The position numbers were made by a program, and so were the translations under genes. The notes beneath the pieces were generated by a model, which saw only the letters and a list, made by a program, of their open reading frames with translations, did no database searches and was not told the DNA's origin. A DNA stretch of 64,000 nt from an uncultured delta proteobacterium (lineage in GTDB: Bacteria; Desulfobacterota; Desulfobacteria; Desulfobacterales; B30-G6): contig CAWGLD010000006.1 in assembly GCA_963823335.1 (NCBI GenBank), positions 157,595-221,594 of the forward strand. The letters run 5' to 3'. This document shows, piece after piece, positions 1-9,870 of the stretch; within the stretch, counting starts at the first letter, position 1; each line of letters starts with the position of its first letter.

Positions 1-2040
1 ATCGGCGCATCGACCAAAGAGCTGTCCATCGGTAACCGCATCATTCGAAACCTTGTGGATTTTGGCTTCAAGGGACCCATTTTCCCTATCAATCCCAAAG
101 CGGATGAGGTCAGGGGCATCAAGGCCTACAAGTCCATATTGGATGCGCCGGACAATATCGATGTTGTCCACATGGTCATTCCAGCAAAATTCGTACCCAT
201 GGCTGTGGAAGACTGCGGCAAAAAAGGTGTCAAAAACATCATTATCAACTCGGGTGGTTTTTCCGAAATCGGCCCCGAAGGCGCTGTCTATGAAAAGGCG
301 TTTCTTAAAAAAGCCAGACAATACAATATTCGCGTTTTAGGCCCCAATTGCCAGGGAATCATCAATTCAGATCCCGAAGTAAGAGCCTACTGCAATTTTA
401 CATTTACCAAGCCCGATACTGGTCATATCTCCATCGTGGCCCTCAGCGGTGGGGTAGCTGAAGTTATTCACCAGGGCTTTTCCGCCATGGGCGTAGGCAC
501 ACGCATCTATGCTTCAAACGGTAACGCCTGCGACATCACAATTCCGGAAATCATTCAATACCTCGGTGATGATGACGGGACGCGGGTAATCGTCACATAC
601 GTCGAAGGGTTGAGGGATCCGGCGACCTTCATGAAAGTCGCCCGGGAAGTTGCAGCAAAAAAACCGATCTTGGCTATGAAGGCCGGCAGAACCATGCAGG
701 GGGCCAAAGCTGCAGCTTCTCATACCGGTGGTTTGGCCAAAGAAGATCTTGCAACAGACCTGATATTTAAAAAAGCCGGCGTACTGACTTTCATGGACGA
801 GGGTGAGTTGATCCAGGCAGCCGCTGCCTTTGCATCCCAGCCTGTTCCAAAAGGTAATCGTGTGGGTATTATCACCAACACAGGGGGTCCGGCCGTCATC
901 GCTACCGACATACTGGTGGGTGCCGGTGCGGAAATACCCCCGCTGTCAAAAAAAACAGAAACCCTCCTGAAAGACAGTCTCTTTCCGGAAGCATCTGTCA
1001 ACAATCCGGTAGATGTGCTTGCCACGGGGAATGCCGCGCATTACCGAACATGTATGGATGCCATGATAGCAGACGATAGTTTTGATGCCCTCTATATCAA
1101 TTTCGTAACACCCTTTTTTGTTGACACGGACAGCATCGCCAAGGAGATTGCCGCGGTCAATCAACAGGGGCGAAAGCCAATGGTCTGCAACCTGATGACG
1201 GACAAAAAACAGTGGGCGGAAACTACAAACATTCTGATGCAGGCGCAAGTTCCGACATATGCCCTGCCGGGCGAGGCTGCACGTGCCATGACTGCGCTGG
1301 TACGTTACCAGGGTATTCTGGCCCGTGACATAGGAGACGCTGCTGTTTTCAACGATGTAGACAAAGACAACGTCAGTGGAATTCTTAGCCGTGCCAAAGA
1401 GGCTGGGCTCACGTTTCTGACGGCTGCGGACGCATACGATATACTGGGGGCATATGGCATTCCTTCGGCAAAATGGTCCATGGTGAACACGGCCGAACAG
1501 GGAGCCGCTGCCGCCGAAGACATGGGGTATCCTGTTGTTGTCAAGGCAGACGCAGCTTCCATTGTACACAAAAGCGACATGGGTGCTGTGGCTGTGAATC
1601 TCAAGACTGCCGCCGAGGTTCAAAAAACCATCTCTGGAATGCGTGAACGTCTTAAAACGGACGATCTCAAGTTCTTTGTCCAGAAATATCTTCCAGGAGG
1701 ACTTGAAATTATTCTGGGCGCCAAGGCGGAACCCGGTCTGGGTCATTTGATCATGTTCGGGATGGGAGGTATCTACGTCGAAGTACTCAAAGATGTGGTG
1801 TTCAACCTGACACCGGTAACTTCATTTGAGGCTAGAGAAATGCTCGATGCCATTCAGCTGTCACCTATTTTAAAGGGTGTCCGGGGTCAGAAAGGGATAT
1901 GTCGAGACGGCGTCACGGACATCATTCAACGTTTGTCACAGCTCGTTTTGGATCACCCCATGATCCAGGAGCTGGACTTGAATCCCACATTGGCGTTTGA
2001 AGACAGGGTGGTAGTGGTGGATGCGAGGATCAGCATTTAG
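1..2040 (+). CDS. ADP-forming acyl-CoA synthetase (acetate--CoA ligase family, fused alpha/beta), 5' end outside the window
   Basis: Frame is open from base 1 (IGASTKELSIGNRIIRNL). CoA-binding GPNCQG, phospho-His motif AASHTG, and a C-terminal ATP-grasp domain (HKSDMG, ELDLNP). Confidence 0.92.
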   Translation: MGASTKELSIGNRIIRNLVDFGFKGPIFPINPKADEVRGIKAYKSILDAPDNIDVVHMVIPAKFVPMAVEDCGKKGVKNIIINSGGFSEIGPEGAVYEKAFLKKARQYNIRVLGPNCQGIINSDPEVRAYCNFTFTKPDTGHISIVALSGGVAEVIHQGFSAMGVGTRIYASNGNACDITIPEIIQYLGDDDGTRVIVTYVEGLRDPATFMKVAREVAAKKPILAMKAGRTMQGAKAAASHTGGLAKEDLATDLIFKKAGVLTFMDEGELIQAAAAFASQPVPKGNRVGIITNTGGPAVIATDILVGAGAEIPPLSKKTETLLKDSLFPEASVNNPVDVLATGNAAHYRTCMDAMIADDSFDALYINFVTPFFVDTDSIAKEIAAVNQQGRKPMVCNLMTDKKQWAETTNILMQAQVPTYALPGEAARAMTALVRYQGILARDIGDAAVFNDVDKDNVSGILSRAKEAGLTFLTAADAYDILGAYGIPSAKWSMVNTAEQGAAAAEDMGYPVVVKADAASIVHKSDMGAVAVNLKTAAEVQKTISGMRERLKTDDLKFFVQKYLPGGLEIILGAKAEPGLGHLIMFGMGGIYVEVLKDVVFNLTPVTSFEAREMLDAIQLSPILKGVRGQKGICRDGVTDIIQRLSQLVLDHPMIQELDLNPTLAFEDRVVVVDARISI

Positions 2041-2095
2041 CTCATAGCCTTTAGCTGTTAGATAGCTATCAGCTAAGGGCTAACAGCTATGAGCT
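2039..2095. repeat. Palindromic AGCTAT/CAGCTA-type element (family A)
   Basis: AGCTCATAGC...GCTATGAGCT outer inverted repeat around the central palindrome GATAGCTATC; overlaps the upstream stop codon. Confidence 0.7.
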
Positions 2096-2182
2096 GCGTC
2101 GTGTTGATAGATTCAGAATAGTTTTAACTTCTCTTACTTACATAACAAGCAACGCTTTAATAAGACGCATAAGGAGACGCCC

Positions 2183-3748
2183 ATGACCGCCTGGATGAAT
2201 TTGGGTCAGCAGTTAAAAATAAATGCATCCAAGTACCCCGACACCATCGCACTGGCAGATAAAGACCGTAAATTTACCTATCCCGAGACCAACCAGCGGG
2301 TAAACAGAGTGTGCCATAGCCTACTGTCGTTGGGTTTGCGTAAGGGCGACAAGATAGCGGTGTTCATGGAAAACAGCATCGAGATCGTGGAAATTTTTCT
2401 GGCGACAGCCAAAACAGGCCTTGTGATCGTGCCCATCAATTTCCGTCTCGTGGGAAAAGAGGTCACCTACATCGTCAACAATTCAGATGCAAAAGCGTTC
2501 ATTATTGATGCTGAGTTCACACCCATGCTGGATGGTATCAAAGCGGACCTGGAGAATATCCCATCTGAAAATTACATCGTAGTCGGGAAAGCTGTTGATG
2601 GGTATCAAGCCTACGAGCTTTTCATGGGAAAAAGTCAGAGTCATGAACCTGAATGTCCTGTGGCGCCCGAAGATACCTGGATTTTGATCTACACCTCCGG
2701 CACAACCGGCAAACCGAAAGGGGTGGTTCGTTCCCACGAGTCTCATATTGCCTTTTTCCTTATCAATGCCATCGATTTCGGATTTAACGATCATGATGTC
2801 TGCCTGAATGTCATGCCCTTGTGTCATATCAACTCAACCTTTTTTACATTTACCTTCACCTATATCGGAGCAAGCGTATATATTCATCCGGCCCGTTCAT
2901 TCAAACCCGAACAAATTCTCGATATTATTCAGAAGGAAAAAATCACGTTTATATCATTGATCCCAACCCACTATAACCTGATTCTGAACATTTCGGAAAA
3001 AGCCAAAAAATACAATGTCACGTCTATCCGGAAACTACTCTGTTCTTCTGCACCGGTTCACAAAAAAATGAAACTTGCCATTATGGCGTTTTTCACGGAC
3101 GTAGAACTTTTTGAAGCTTATGGCTCCACAGAAGCCGGCATTGTCACGGTTCTGAAACCTGAAAATCAACTTCGAAAATTGGGTTCCATTGGACAAGAAT
3201 CCCTTGGCACTGATTTTATCAAAATTCTTGATGAAAACGGAAAAGAAGTCGCTCCCGGAGAGGTGGGCGAATTGTACTCCCGGGGTCCCATGTTGTTCGA
3301 TGAATATTACAAACTGCCCGACAAAACAAAAGAGGCTTTTCAAGGGGAATGGTTCAGTGCCGGCGACATGGCCCGTAAAGATGCAGACGGTTTTTATCAG
3401 ATCGTCGACAGAAAGGACAACATGATCATCACCGGGGGGGAAAATGTCTACCCCAGTGAAATCGAAGAAGTTGTCGGCAGCAACGATTGCGTATTCGACT
3501 GCGCGGTTATCGGCATCCCCGACGACAAATGGGGCGAGAAAGTTGTCGCAGTGGTCATTCCCAAGGGCAGTGAGGAGATTCAAATCACCGAGAAAATGAT
3601 CATGGATTGCTGCAAGGATCAGATGGCAGGTTACAAACGACCAAAGGAAATCCTGTTTATCAAAGAGGATGAAATGCCCCGTACACCCACGGGGAAGATT
3701 CTGCACAGGAAATTGCGGGAGCATTTTAGAAATAGGGTTCCAGAATAA
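2183..3748 (+). CDS. AMP-forming acyl-CoA ligase (long-chain or aromatic acid--CoA ligase family)
   Basis: YTSGTTGKPKG, YGSTE, SAGD, DRKDNMIITGGENVYP and PTGK motifs; AAGGAG RBS. Confidence 0.92.
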   Translation: MTAWMNLGQQLKINASKYPDTIALADKDRKFTYPETNQRVNRVCHSLLSLGLRKGDKIAVFMENSIEIVEIFLATAKTGLVIVPINFRLVGKEVTYIVNNSDAKAFIIDAEFTPMLDGIKADLENIPSENYIVVGKAVDGYQAYELFMGKSQSHEPECPVAPEDTWILIYTSGTTGKPKGVVRSHESHIAFFLINAIDFGFNDHDVCLNVMPLCHINSTFFTFTFTYIGASVYIHPARSFKPEQILDIIQKEKITFISLIPTHYNLILNISEKAKKYNVTSIRKLLCSSAPVHKKMKLAIMAFFTDVELFEAYGSTEAGIVTVLKPENQLRKLGSIGQESLGTDFIKILDENGKEVAPGEVGELYSRGPMLFDEYYKLPDKTKEAFQGEWFSAGDMARKDADGFYQIVDRKDNMIITGGENVYPSEIEEVVGSNDCVFDCAVIGIPDDKWGEKVVAVVIPKGSEEIQITEKMIMDCCKDQMAGYKRPKEILFIKEDEMPRTPTGKILHRKLREHFRNRVPE

Positions 3749-3758
3749 TTTCATAAAG

Positions 3759-3987
3759 ATGAACGTCCAACATCGAACGCTGAACATCGAACATCGAATG
3801 AAAACAAATATTAAAGAGCACACTGTAACAAGACTTGTCGACGAGGAGTTTGGCTGAGGCTCACTCGAAGACCTATAGTCAAGTCGCTACGGGAAATGTG
3901 CTCAGTATTGCCGTTCAATACTGACGTCTGTTTCTTCATATTTCAAATTCAACATTCGATGTTGGACGTTCGATGTTCGAAGTTCAT
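3759..3987. repeat. Element bounded by inverted heptamer arrays (family B, ACATCGA/ACGTCCA)
   Basis: Left array GAACGTCCAACATCGAACGCTGAACATCGAACATCGAATG; right array CATTCGATGTTGGACGTTCGATGTTCGAAGTTCAT; the same arrays recur at 27352-27666. Confidence 0.85.
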
Positions 3988-4127
3988 TTGTTTTTGGACA
4001 CCAGGTTATTGTGTCGACACCATAGGGTGGGATGCGAACCTTATTCGCAAATTCGTACTTTCGTAATAAAAGATTTTTATTGTGACGTAACAAGTTAAAA
4101 CTAGTATTTACCGAAAGGAGACCGACA

Positions 4128-5318
4128 ATGTTAACCAAAGCCTTTATCCCCTACGGCGGTTATTACAGCTCACCGTTTTGCCGCTGGCAGGGAAGTCTGC
4201 AGAACGAAAATTCCATTGTACTGGGTGCTGAAACCTCTAAACGGTGGCTTGCCGAAAAGGGCTACGATGCCGGTATGTTCGATTATCTTTACCTCGGTGT
4301 CACCATCAGTCAGATTCATCAGTTCTACGCCGCTCCCTGGGCCGCAGCCTTGATGGGGGCCGGTCATGTACCCGGTATTGCCTTGAGTCAGGCCTGCACC
4401 ACCGGTACCACCTGCGTTTTTCAGGCAGCCGTCGGCGTGGAAACAGGACTCTATAAAAATGCATACGTTCTGACGACGGACCGTACGTCCAACGGGCCAC
4501 ATACGATTTGGCCGAACCCCAAAGGACCCGGTGGTGAAGTTATTTCGGAGAACTGGCTCATGGACAACTTCAACGGTGACCCAAATGTTGGCCTGAGGAT
4601 GATTGAAACGGCAGAAAATGTTGCCAAAGAGGAAGGCATAACAAAGGAAGCCTGTGATGCCGCCTCATTGAAACGCTACGAGCAATATCTCATGGCGCTG
4701 GAAAACGACCGCGAGTTTCAGAAAAAATACATGTTTCCGGCGGAAATTCAACTATCCAGAAAAAAAAGTATTCTCGTGGAAGAAGATGAAGGCATTACAC
4801 CCGCCACGGCCGAAGGATTGGCTTCCCTCAGGCCGTTGATACCCAACGGTGTTCTCAGTTTCGGTGCCCAGACCCATCCAGCCGACGGCAATTCGAGTAT
4901 GATCGTCACCACCCAGGAGAAAGCCAAAGAACTGAGTGCCGATCCTTCCCTGCCGATTCAAGTGATCGCCTACGGTTTCTCCAGGGAGAGAAAGGGCTAC
5001 ATGGCAGCCGCCCCGGTTCCGGCGACCAAAATGGCGCTGGCTAATGCAGGTCTCGCTATCAACGACATGAAAGTCATCAAATCACACAACCCGTTTATCG
5101 TGAATGACATCAACTTTGCCAAACAATTCAATATCGATGTCGACAAAATGAATAACTATGGGTGTTCCATGATCTATGGACATCCCCAGGGATCTACGGC
5201 AACACGTCTGATTATAGAGGGTATCGAAGAAACCGTCATTAACGGCGGTGGCTATTTTCTCTGGACCGGCTGTGCCGCAGGAGACTGCGGGGCCGCTTTA
5301 ATCCTCAAAATCGGATAA
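4128..5318 (+). CDS. Thiolase family protein
   Basis: SQACTTG nucleophile region, PADG, GHPQG and C-terminal CAAG; AAGGAG RBS. Confidence 0.9.
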   Translation: MLTKAFIPYGGYYSSPFCRWQGSLQNENSIVLGAETSKRWLAEKGYDAGMFDYLYLGVTISQIHQFYAAPWAAALMGAGHVPGIALSQACTTGTTCVFQAAVGVETGLYKNAYVLTTDRTSNGPHTIWPNPKGPGGEVISENWLMDNFNGDPNVGLRMIETAENVAKEEGITKEACDAASLKRYEQYLMALENDREFQKKYMFPAEIQLSRKKSILVEEDEGITPATAEGLASLRPLIPNGVLSFGAQTHPADGNSSMIVTTQEKAKELSADPSLPIQVIAYGFSRERKGYMAAAPVPATKMALANAGLAINDMKVIKSHNPFIVNDINFAKQFNIDVDKMNNYGCSMIYGHPQGSTATRLIIEGIEETVINGGGYFLWTGCAAGDCGAALILKIG

Positions 5319-5356
5319 ATTCATTTCACGAATTTATATGACGCGACTTCGTCGCT
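5315..5356 (+). repeat. Two-hairpin REP-like element (family C), copy 1
   Basis: ATAAATTC-atttcac-GAATTTAT followed by CGCGAC-ttc-GTCGCT; overlaps the thiolase stop codon. Confidence 0.8.
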
Positions 5357-5361
5357 TATCT

Positions 5362-5404
5362 AACGCCCTGATAAAAAAAGACTTTTTATCAGGGCGTTTT
5401 TTTT
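5362..5404 (+). terminator. Intrinsic terminator
   Basis: AACGCCCTGATAAAAA / TTTTTATCAGGGCGTT stem followed by a T-run, between convergent genes. Confidence 0.85.
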
Positions 5405-5510
5405 CGTTTCGAACTATATAGCATTTGGTACGAGTAGATCCGCTGATATATAATTCTTATATCGTAGCACAGGTCTTTAGACCTGTAAGAAAAGTGTACA
5501 GCCCATAATG

Positions 5511-6128
5511 CTAAAAGGCTGATCTTGGGGGCGTTTGGTTTAAGGACAACACATGGAGACTACCCTTCTGGTATTCAATCAGATTGAGCGCCGCGTAGTC
5601 CTGTGGAATGCTGAACAGTTCCTGGATCGGTTTTTTTAAAAGGTGGCATAAAATTATGCGATTTACACCGGCATGTGCCACCACCAGAACGTTTCCGAGC
5701 GTTTTTAAAGCTATGTTTAAAAATATCGGAATGACCCGTGCATGAAGATCCTGAAAGCTCTCGCCATTGGGTGGCCGAAAACGCTCCATACACCTGCCCC
5801 GTTCTTCCCAGGCATCCGGGAACCGCGTCTTGATATTTTCCATGCCTTTGCCGTCCCAGTCACCAAGATTGATTTCGCGCAATTGTGACATCGTTTCAAC
5901 ATCTGAAACAGGAAGATCGGACACGATCAGGGCGGTATCAAGCGCACGGCTCAAATCACTGGAATATACTTTTTCAAAGTCGATCTGGGCCAGTTCCGCT
6001 CTCCACAACGTTGCCTGGCGCCTGCCTTTTGAACTTAAAGAAACATTCGTCTGGCCGATATAGCGGTTTTTTTCACTACCGGCAATCTCGCCATGACGGA
6101 GCAGGTATATTTGTTTTTTATTTTTCAT
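5511..6128 (-). CDS. Histidine phosphatase family protein (CobC/alpha-ribazole phosphatase-like)
   Basis: LLRHGE, YSSDLSRA, LREINLGDWDG, PPNGES and VAHAG motifs. Confidence 0.88.
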   Translation of the reverse strand: MKNKKQIYLLRHGEIAGSEKNRYIGQTNVSLSSKGRRQATLWRAELAQIDFEKVYSSDLSRALDTALIVSDLPVSDVETMSQLREINLGDWDGKGMENIKTRFPDAWEERGRCMERFRPPNGESFQDLHARVIPIFLNIALKTLGNVLVVAHAGVNRIILCHLLKKPIQELFSIPQDYAALNLIEYQKGSLHVLSLNQTPPRSAF

Positions 6129-6355
6129 GTATCCAGTTATGATGATGTTTATTCTGTTTCAGAAATGGAACATAATCAATAGAAATCATCAGCGTATTGT
6201 GTTAACTGTGTATTTCATCATCAATCCGGTGGGCACAAGACAGGGCTTTGTTTGATATGTCCTTTTGAAAAAAACAGGGTATCCCCTTTTCGGAGTAACC
6301 GGAACGTTATTTTGACAAATGCTATAGACGTATAAATTATTTTAAACGTGCCACA

Positions 6356-7447
6356 ATGACCCAGAATCACTTAAAAAATATCCATATCCCCTTACTAAAA
6401 TGGTACGACCACAACTGCCGGAATCTGCCCTGGAGAGAAACAAGCGACCCATATGCCATATGGGTTTCGGAAGTCATGCTGCAACAGACGCAGGTCAAAA
6501 CGGTTATTCCCTATTACCAGCGATTTTTGGACGCCTTCCCAACCATACAGGATCTGGCGGCTTCAGACCTTCAAACCGTGTTAAAGATCTGGGAAGGTCT
6601 GGGATACTACGGGCGCGCCCGCAATATGCATCGTGCGGCCCATATCGTTGTGCAAGACTGTCATGGAACCTTTCCTGGCACATGGGAGCATATCCGCAAC
6701 CTGCCGGGTATCGGTGATTACATTGCCGCTGCTGTAATGAGCATCGTCTTCAACGGACAGCATGCCGTCGTGGATGGCAATGTCAAACGGGTTCTGGCAC
6801 GTCTTCTCAGGGTCGACACGCCGGTGAATCAGGCTTCTGCGGGCAACACGTTTAAGAAGTATGCCGATAAATTGCTCTATAAACCAGAACCCGGAAAATA
6901 CAACCAGGCGATTATGGAACTGGGTGCCCTGATCTGTACACCCTACGCTCCGCTTTGCGACACGTGTCCGATTCAACCGGTATGCCAGGCATACCAAACG
7001 TCTACGGTGGACATTTATCCCAAGCGCGTTAAGAAACAACAGACGCCTCTTTACAACATCGCCATCGGTGTCGTTATTAACCATGATAGGGTACTGATTA
7101 CCCAGCGTCGTAACGATGGTCTGTTGGGGGGATTGTGGGAATTTCCGGGCGGTAAAATTAAAAAGGACGAAACATCTGCGAAAGCATGTATCCGTGAAAT
7201 CAAGGAAGAAACCGGTCTGACGGTTGCAGTTCATCAGTACTTGACTCAGGTCAAGCATGCCTATACCCATTTCAAGATCAGTGCGGATGTGTATATTTGT
7301 GACATTGTTTCTGGTATGGTTGCCCTGAATGGCCCGGTGGACTATCGATGGATCACACTGGAACAGATTGATGATTATCCATTTCCCAAGGCAAATCATA
7401 AGTTTATTCCTCGCCTCAGAGAGGCGATGGACGGAATGCAGGGGTGA
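6356..7447 (+). CDS. mutY: A/G-specific adenine glycosylase with C-terminal Nudix domain
   Basis: WVSEVMLQQTQV, HhH LPGIGDY, VVDGNVKRV, and the Fe-S cluster motif CTPYAPLCDTCPIQPVC. Confidence 0.95.
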   Translation: MTQNHLKNIHIPLLKWYDHNCRNLPWRETSDPYAIWVSEVMLQQTQVKTVIPYYQRFLDAFPTIQDLAASDLQTVLKIWEGLGYYGRARNMHRAAHIVVQDCHGTFPGTWEHIRNLPGIGDYIAAAVMSIVFNGQHAVVDGNVKRVLARLLRVDTPVNQASAGNTFKKYADKLLYKPEPGKYNQAIMELGALICTPYAPLCDTCPIQPVCQAYQTSTVDIYPKRVKKQQTPLYNIAIGVVINHDRVLITQRRNDGLLGGLWEFPGGKIKKDETSAKACIREIKEETGLTVAVHQYLTQVKHAYTHFKISADVYICDIVSGMVALNGPVDYRWITLEQIDDYPFPKANHKFIPRLREAMDGMQG

Positions 7448-7620
7448 AGGGGCGAAGGGTGATACAAGGGTTGGAGGGTAGCTAACAGCTATCAGCGATA
7501 AACCACTAAACGGGATAAACCGGAAAAGGTAAAAGGCTTTTAAGAAATACGAGGGTCGAAAGGACGAAAAGGTTCTAAGGGTCTTAGGGTTGCTATGAGC
7601 TTGTAGTCGTGAGCTTTAAC
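7441..7620. repeat. Composite intergenic repeats: GGGTTGGA/GGGTCGAA octamers (family J) plus family A motif
   Basis: GGGTGAAG-GGGCGAAG...GGGTTGGA-GGGTAGCTAACAGCTATCAGC; the TAAACCGGAAAAG(G/A)TAAAA block is shared with 10745-10962. Confidence 0.65.
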
Positions 7621-7659
7621 TGTTGACACCCAATGCCATTAACGTTAAGTATTTTAGAT

Positions 7660-7751
7660 GAACTGCAGAATATCGAACAAGAAATATCGAATTTCGAAGT
7701 GTTTTCTTTGACTTCTGCGGTTCGAAATTTATTGTTCAATATTCGATATTT
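7660..7751. repeat. Hairpin of AATATCG/ATTTCGA heptamers (family B-related)
   Basis: AATATCGAACAAGAAATATCGAATTTCGAAG...TTCGAAATTTATTGTTCAATATTCGATATT inverted arrangement; it produces the spurious N-terminal extension of ORF 7633. Confidence 0.7.
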
Positions 7752-7773
7752 ATTTTCAACCAACAGGTTTTAC

Positions 7774-8664
7774 ATGATAATCAAAGAACGTCACTTCGGC
7801 CCCATATGGTTCATTCCTGGGGATAACAAGGGTAAATATCCATTCTGTCACTCCATCTATATCGAAGGACCCGGCATCCTGATCGACCCGGCATCCAACC
7901 GTGAAAGACTGATGGAGCTTAAAAAAGATCCTGGTGTAAAGAGCATATGGCTGAGTCACTGGCATGAAGATCATTTCATGCATCTCGACCTTTTCGATGA
8001 ATTGCCGTTCATGGTGTCCCGGGAAGACGCCCCTCCCCTTTCCGGTATTGAGAACTTTCTCGATGCTTATGGCATTGAGCCGCAGGCGCGTGATGAATGG
8101 CGATCTTTGGCCACTGATTTTTTTCATTTTCATTCCAGGAAACCACATGCATTTCTTCCGGTTGGTTCATCACTCTCCTTTGGGTCCATTCATGTAGAAC
8201 TCCTGGCCGTGCCAGGTCATACCCCCGGAAGTATTGCCTTGCATTTTCCTGACAACGGTATTCTGTTCATGGCCGATTATGACCTGACCCCTTTCGGGCC
8301 CTGGTATGGTGATGTGGAATCGAGTATCGAACAAACCATAGCATCCATCAAAAAGCTGAGCCAGATACCGGCATCCACCTGGCTGACGTCCCATGAACAA
8401 GGTGTATTTGAGCAACCGCCCGGCCCATTGTGGCAACGCTATCTGGATGTTATCCATGAACGTGAAGCAAAACTATTGGCCCTCCTTGAAAGGCCTTGTT
8501 CCATCCAAGATATCGTCAACGCTTGGATCGTCTATCGTAAGCCGAGAGAACCACTCTCTTTCTATGTTTTTACTGAAAAAGCTTTGATGACAAAACACCT
8601 GGAGCTATTGATGCGCAAGGGTCTTGTTAAACAGGATAACGGTAACTACACGAGGATTGCATGA
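7774..8664 (+). CDS. Metallo-beta-lactamase-fold hydrolase
   Basis: SHWHEDH, PGHTPG and TSHE motifs. Start moved to the in-frame ATG at 7774 because 7633-7773 translates a repeat. Confidence 0.85.
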   Translation: MIIKERHFGPIWFIPGDNKGKYPFCHSIYIEGPGILIDPASNRERLMELKKDPGVKSIWLSHWHEDHFMHLDLFDELPFMVSREDAPPLSGIENFLDAYGIEPQARDEWRSLATDFFHFHSRKPHAFLPVGSSLSFGSIHVELLAVPGHTPGSIALHFPDNGILFMADYDLTPFGPWYGDVESSIEQTIASIKKLSQIPASTWLTSHEQGVFEQPPGPLWQRYLDVIHEREAKLLALLERPCSIQDIVNAWIVYRKPREPLSFYVFTEKALMTKHLELLMRKGLVKQDNGNYTRIA

Positions 8665-9068
8665 GCACAGATACAGATGTCATTGGCTACATGAAAAAAA
8701 TCACAGTCGCTCTGGAGGCAGGTACATCTCCGGACAACATGGATTTAAGTAAACACCCCTTCTCATTTCAGTTCATTTATGGCGTGGGTACCGAGGGTGT
8801 CTGTCTGTTTGAAAAGGCTCTTTATGAAAAACGGTCAGGTGAAAAAATCCTCTTGCAGGTAAATCCGCGCCAGGCAGGAGAGATCTTTGGTCATCTCAGG
8901 CAAGCCTTGATGGGCTTTCTGCCCAAGACCGCTCCCTTTTATTTGAAAACAACGGTAACCGTCATCGAAACCGCGGATAATCGTGAAATAGTGCGGGCCA
9001 TATCCAAAGGAGCTGGGTCAAGTGATTGCGGTGGAGGCTGTGATTGTGGTTGCGACTGTGATTGTTGA
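8661..9068 (+). CDS. Hypothetical protein, SlyD-like remnant with Cys-rich tail
   Basis: ATGA overlap with the upstream gene; FQFIYGVG..FEKAL resembles the FKBP/SlyD segment; tail DCGGGCDCGCDCDC. Confidence 0.65.
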   Translation: MSTDTDVIGYMKKITVALEAGTSPDNMDLSKHPFSFQFIYGVGTEGVCLFEKALYEKRSGEKILLQVNPRQAGEIFGHLRQALMGFLPKTAPFYLKTTVTVIETADNREIVRAISKGAGSSDCGGGCDCGCDCDC

Positions 9069-9315
9069 ACCACGGGAACTTTTGTTAACCCTTCGGAATT
9101 CTGAAATAAAATCGTGCAACGATTTTATTTGCATTCGATCTTAAAAAATAGTATTTCACATACAGCTATTTTAAAGCTATAATAAAGCTATAAAACCGCA
9201 TCAAAAAACCTCGAACATGAAAGCAGTGCTGTATATCAGGTTTTCTGACGAGTGAGCACGTCTTTCTCCTGCGGTTTTATCAATCGCAAAATGGGATACC
9301 CCATTTCGCTCTAAG

Positions 9316-9357
9316 AGCGACGAAGTCGCGTATGATAAATTCGTAGAACGAATTTAT
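9316..9357 (-). repeat. Family C element, copy 2
   Basis: AGCGAC-gaa-GTCGCG tatg ATAAATTCG-tagaa-CGAATTTAT, immediately upstream of the RBS. A lone hairpin 1 also lies at 9104-9130. Confidence 0.8.
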
Positions 9358-9372
9358 AGGGGGTAACGACGC

Positions 9373-9870
9373 ATGAAACATGAAATCACATTGAAGGTCA
9401 ACAATGACACTTATTCTCTGGCCATTGACCCCTGGCGTACCTTGAACGAGGTTTTGCGGGAAGATTTAAATCTTACCGGAACGAAACTTGGATGTGGTTC
9501 CGGAGATTGTGGTGCCTGTACCGTGATTGTGGACGGGCGCTCCATCAGTTCATGTCTCACGCTGGCTGTGGAAATGGACCAGAAGGATATTATGACCATC
9601 GAAGGTTTGGCCCCTTCCGGTGAAAAATTGCATCCCATCCAGGAGGCGTTTATTGAAAAAGGCGCCATCCAGTGCGGTTTTTGCACACCCGGCATGGAAC
9701 TGTCTGCTTACAATCTGCTCTCGCAGAATCCACAACCAAGCGAGATAGAAATCAGGGAATCCCTTTCTGGTAATTTGTGTCGCTGTACCGGATACACCAA
9801 AATCGTGGAGGCTATCGCGGAGTCTGCCGATAAAATGAAGCCCAAAAAGAGTAAAGGAAGAAAGAAATGA
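9373..9870 (+). CDS. Xanthine dehydrogenase family 2x[2Fe-2S] small subunit
   Basis: GCGSGDCGAC, QCGFCTPG and GNLCRCTGY. Confidence 0.93.
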   Translation: MKHEITLKVNNDTYSLAIDPWRTLNEVLREDLNLTGTKLGCGSGDCGACTVIVDGRSISSCLTLAVEMDQKDIMTIEGLAPSGEKLHPIQEAFIEKGAIQCGFCTPGMELSAYNLLSQNPQPSEIEIRESLSGNLCRCTGYTKIVEAIAESADKMKPKKSKGRKK

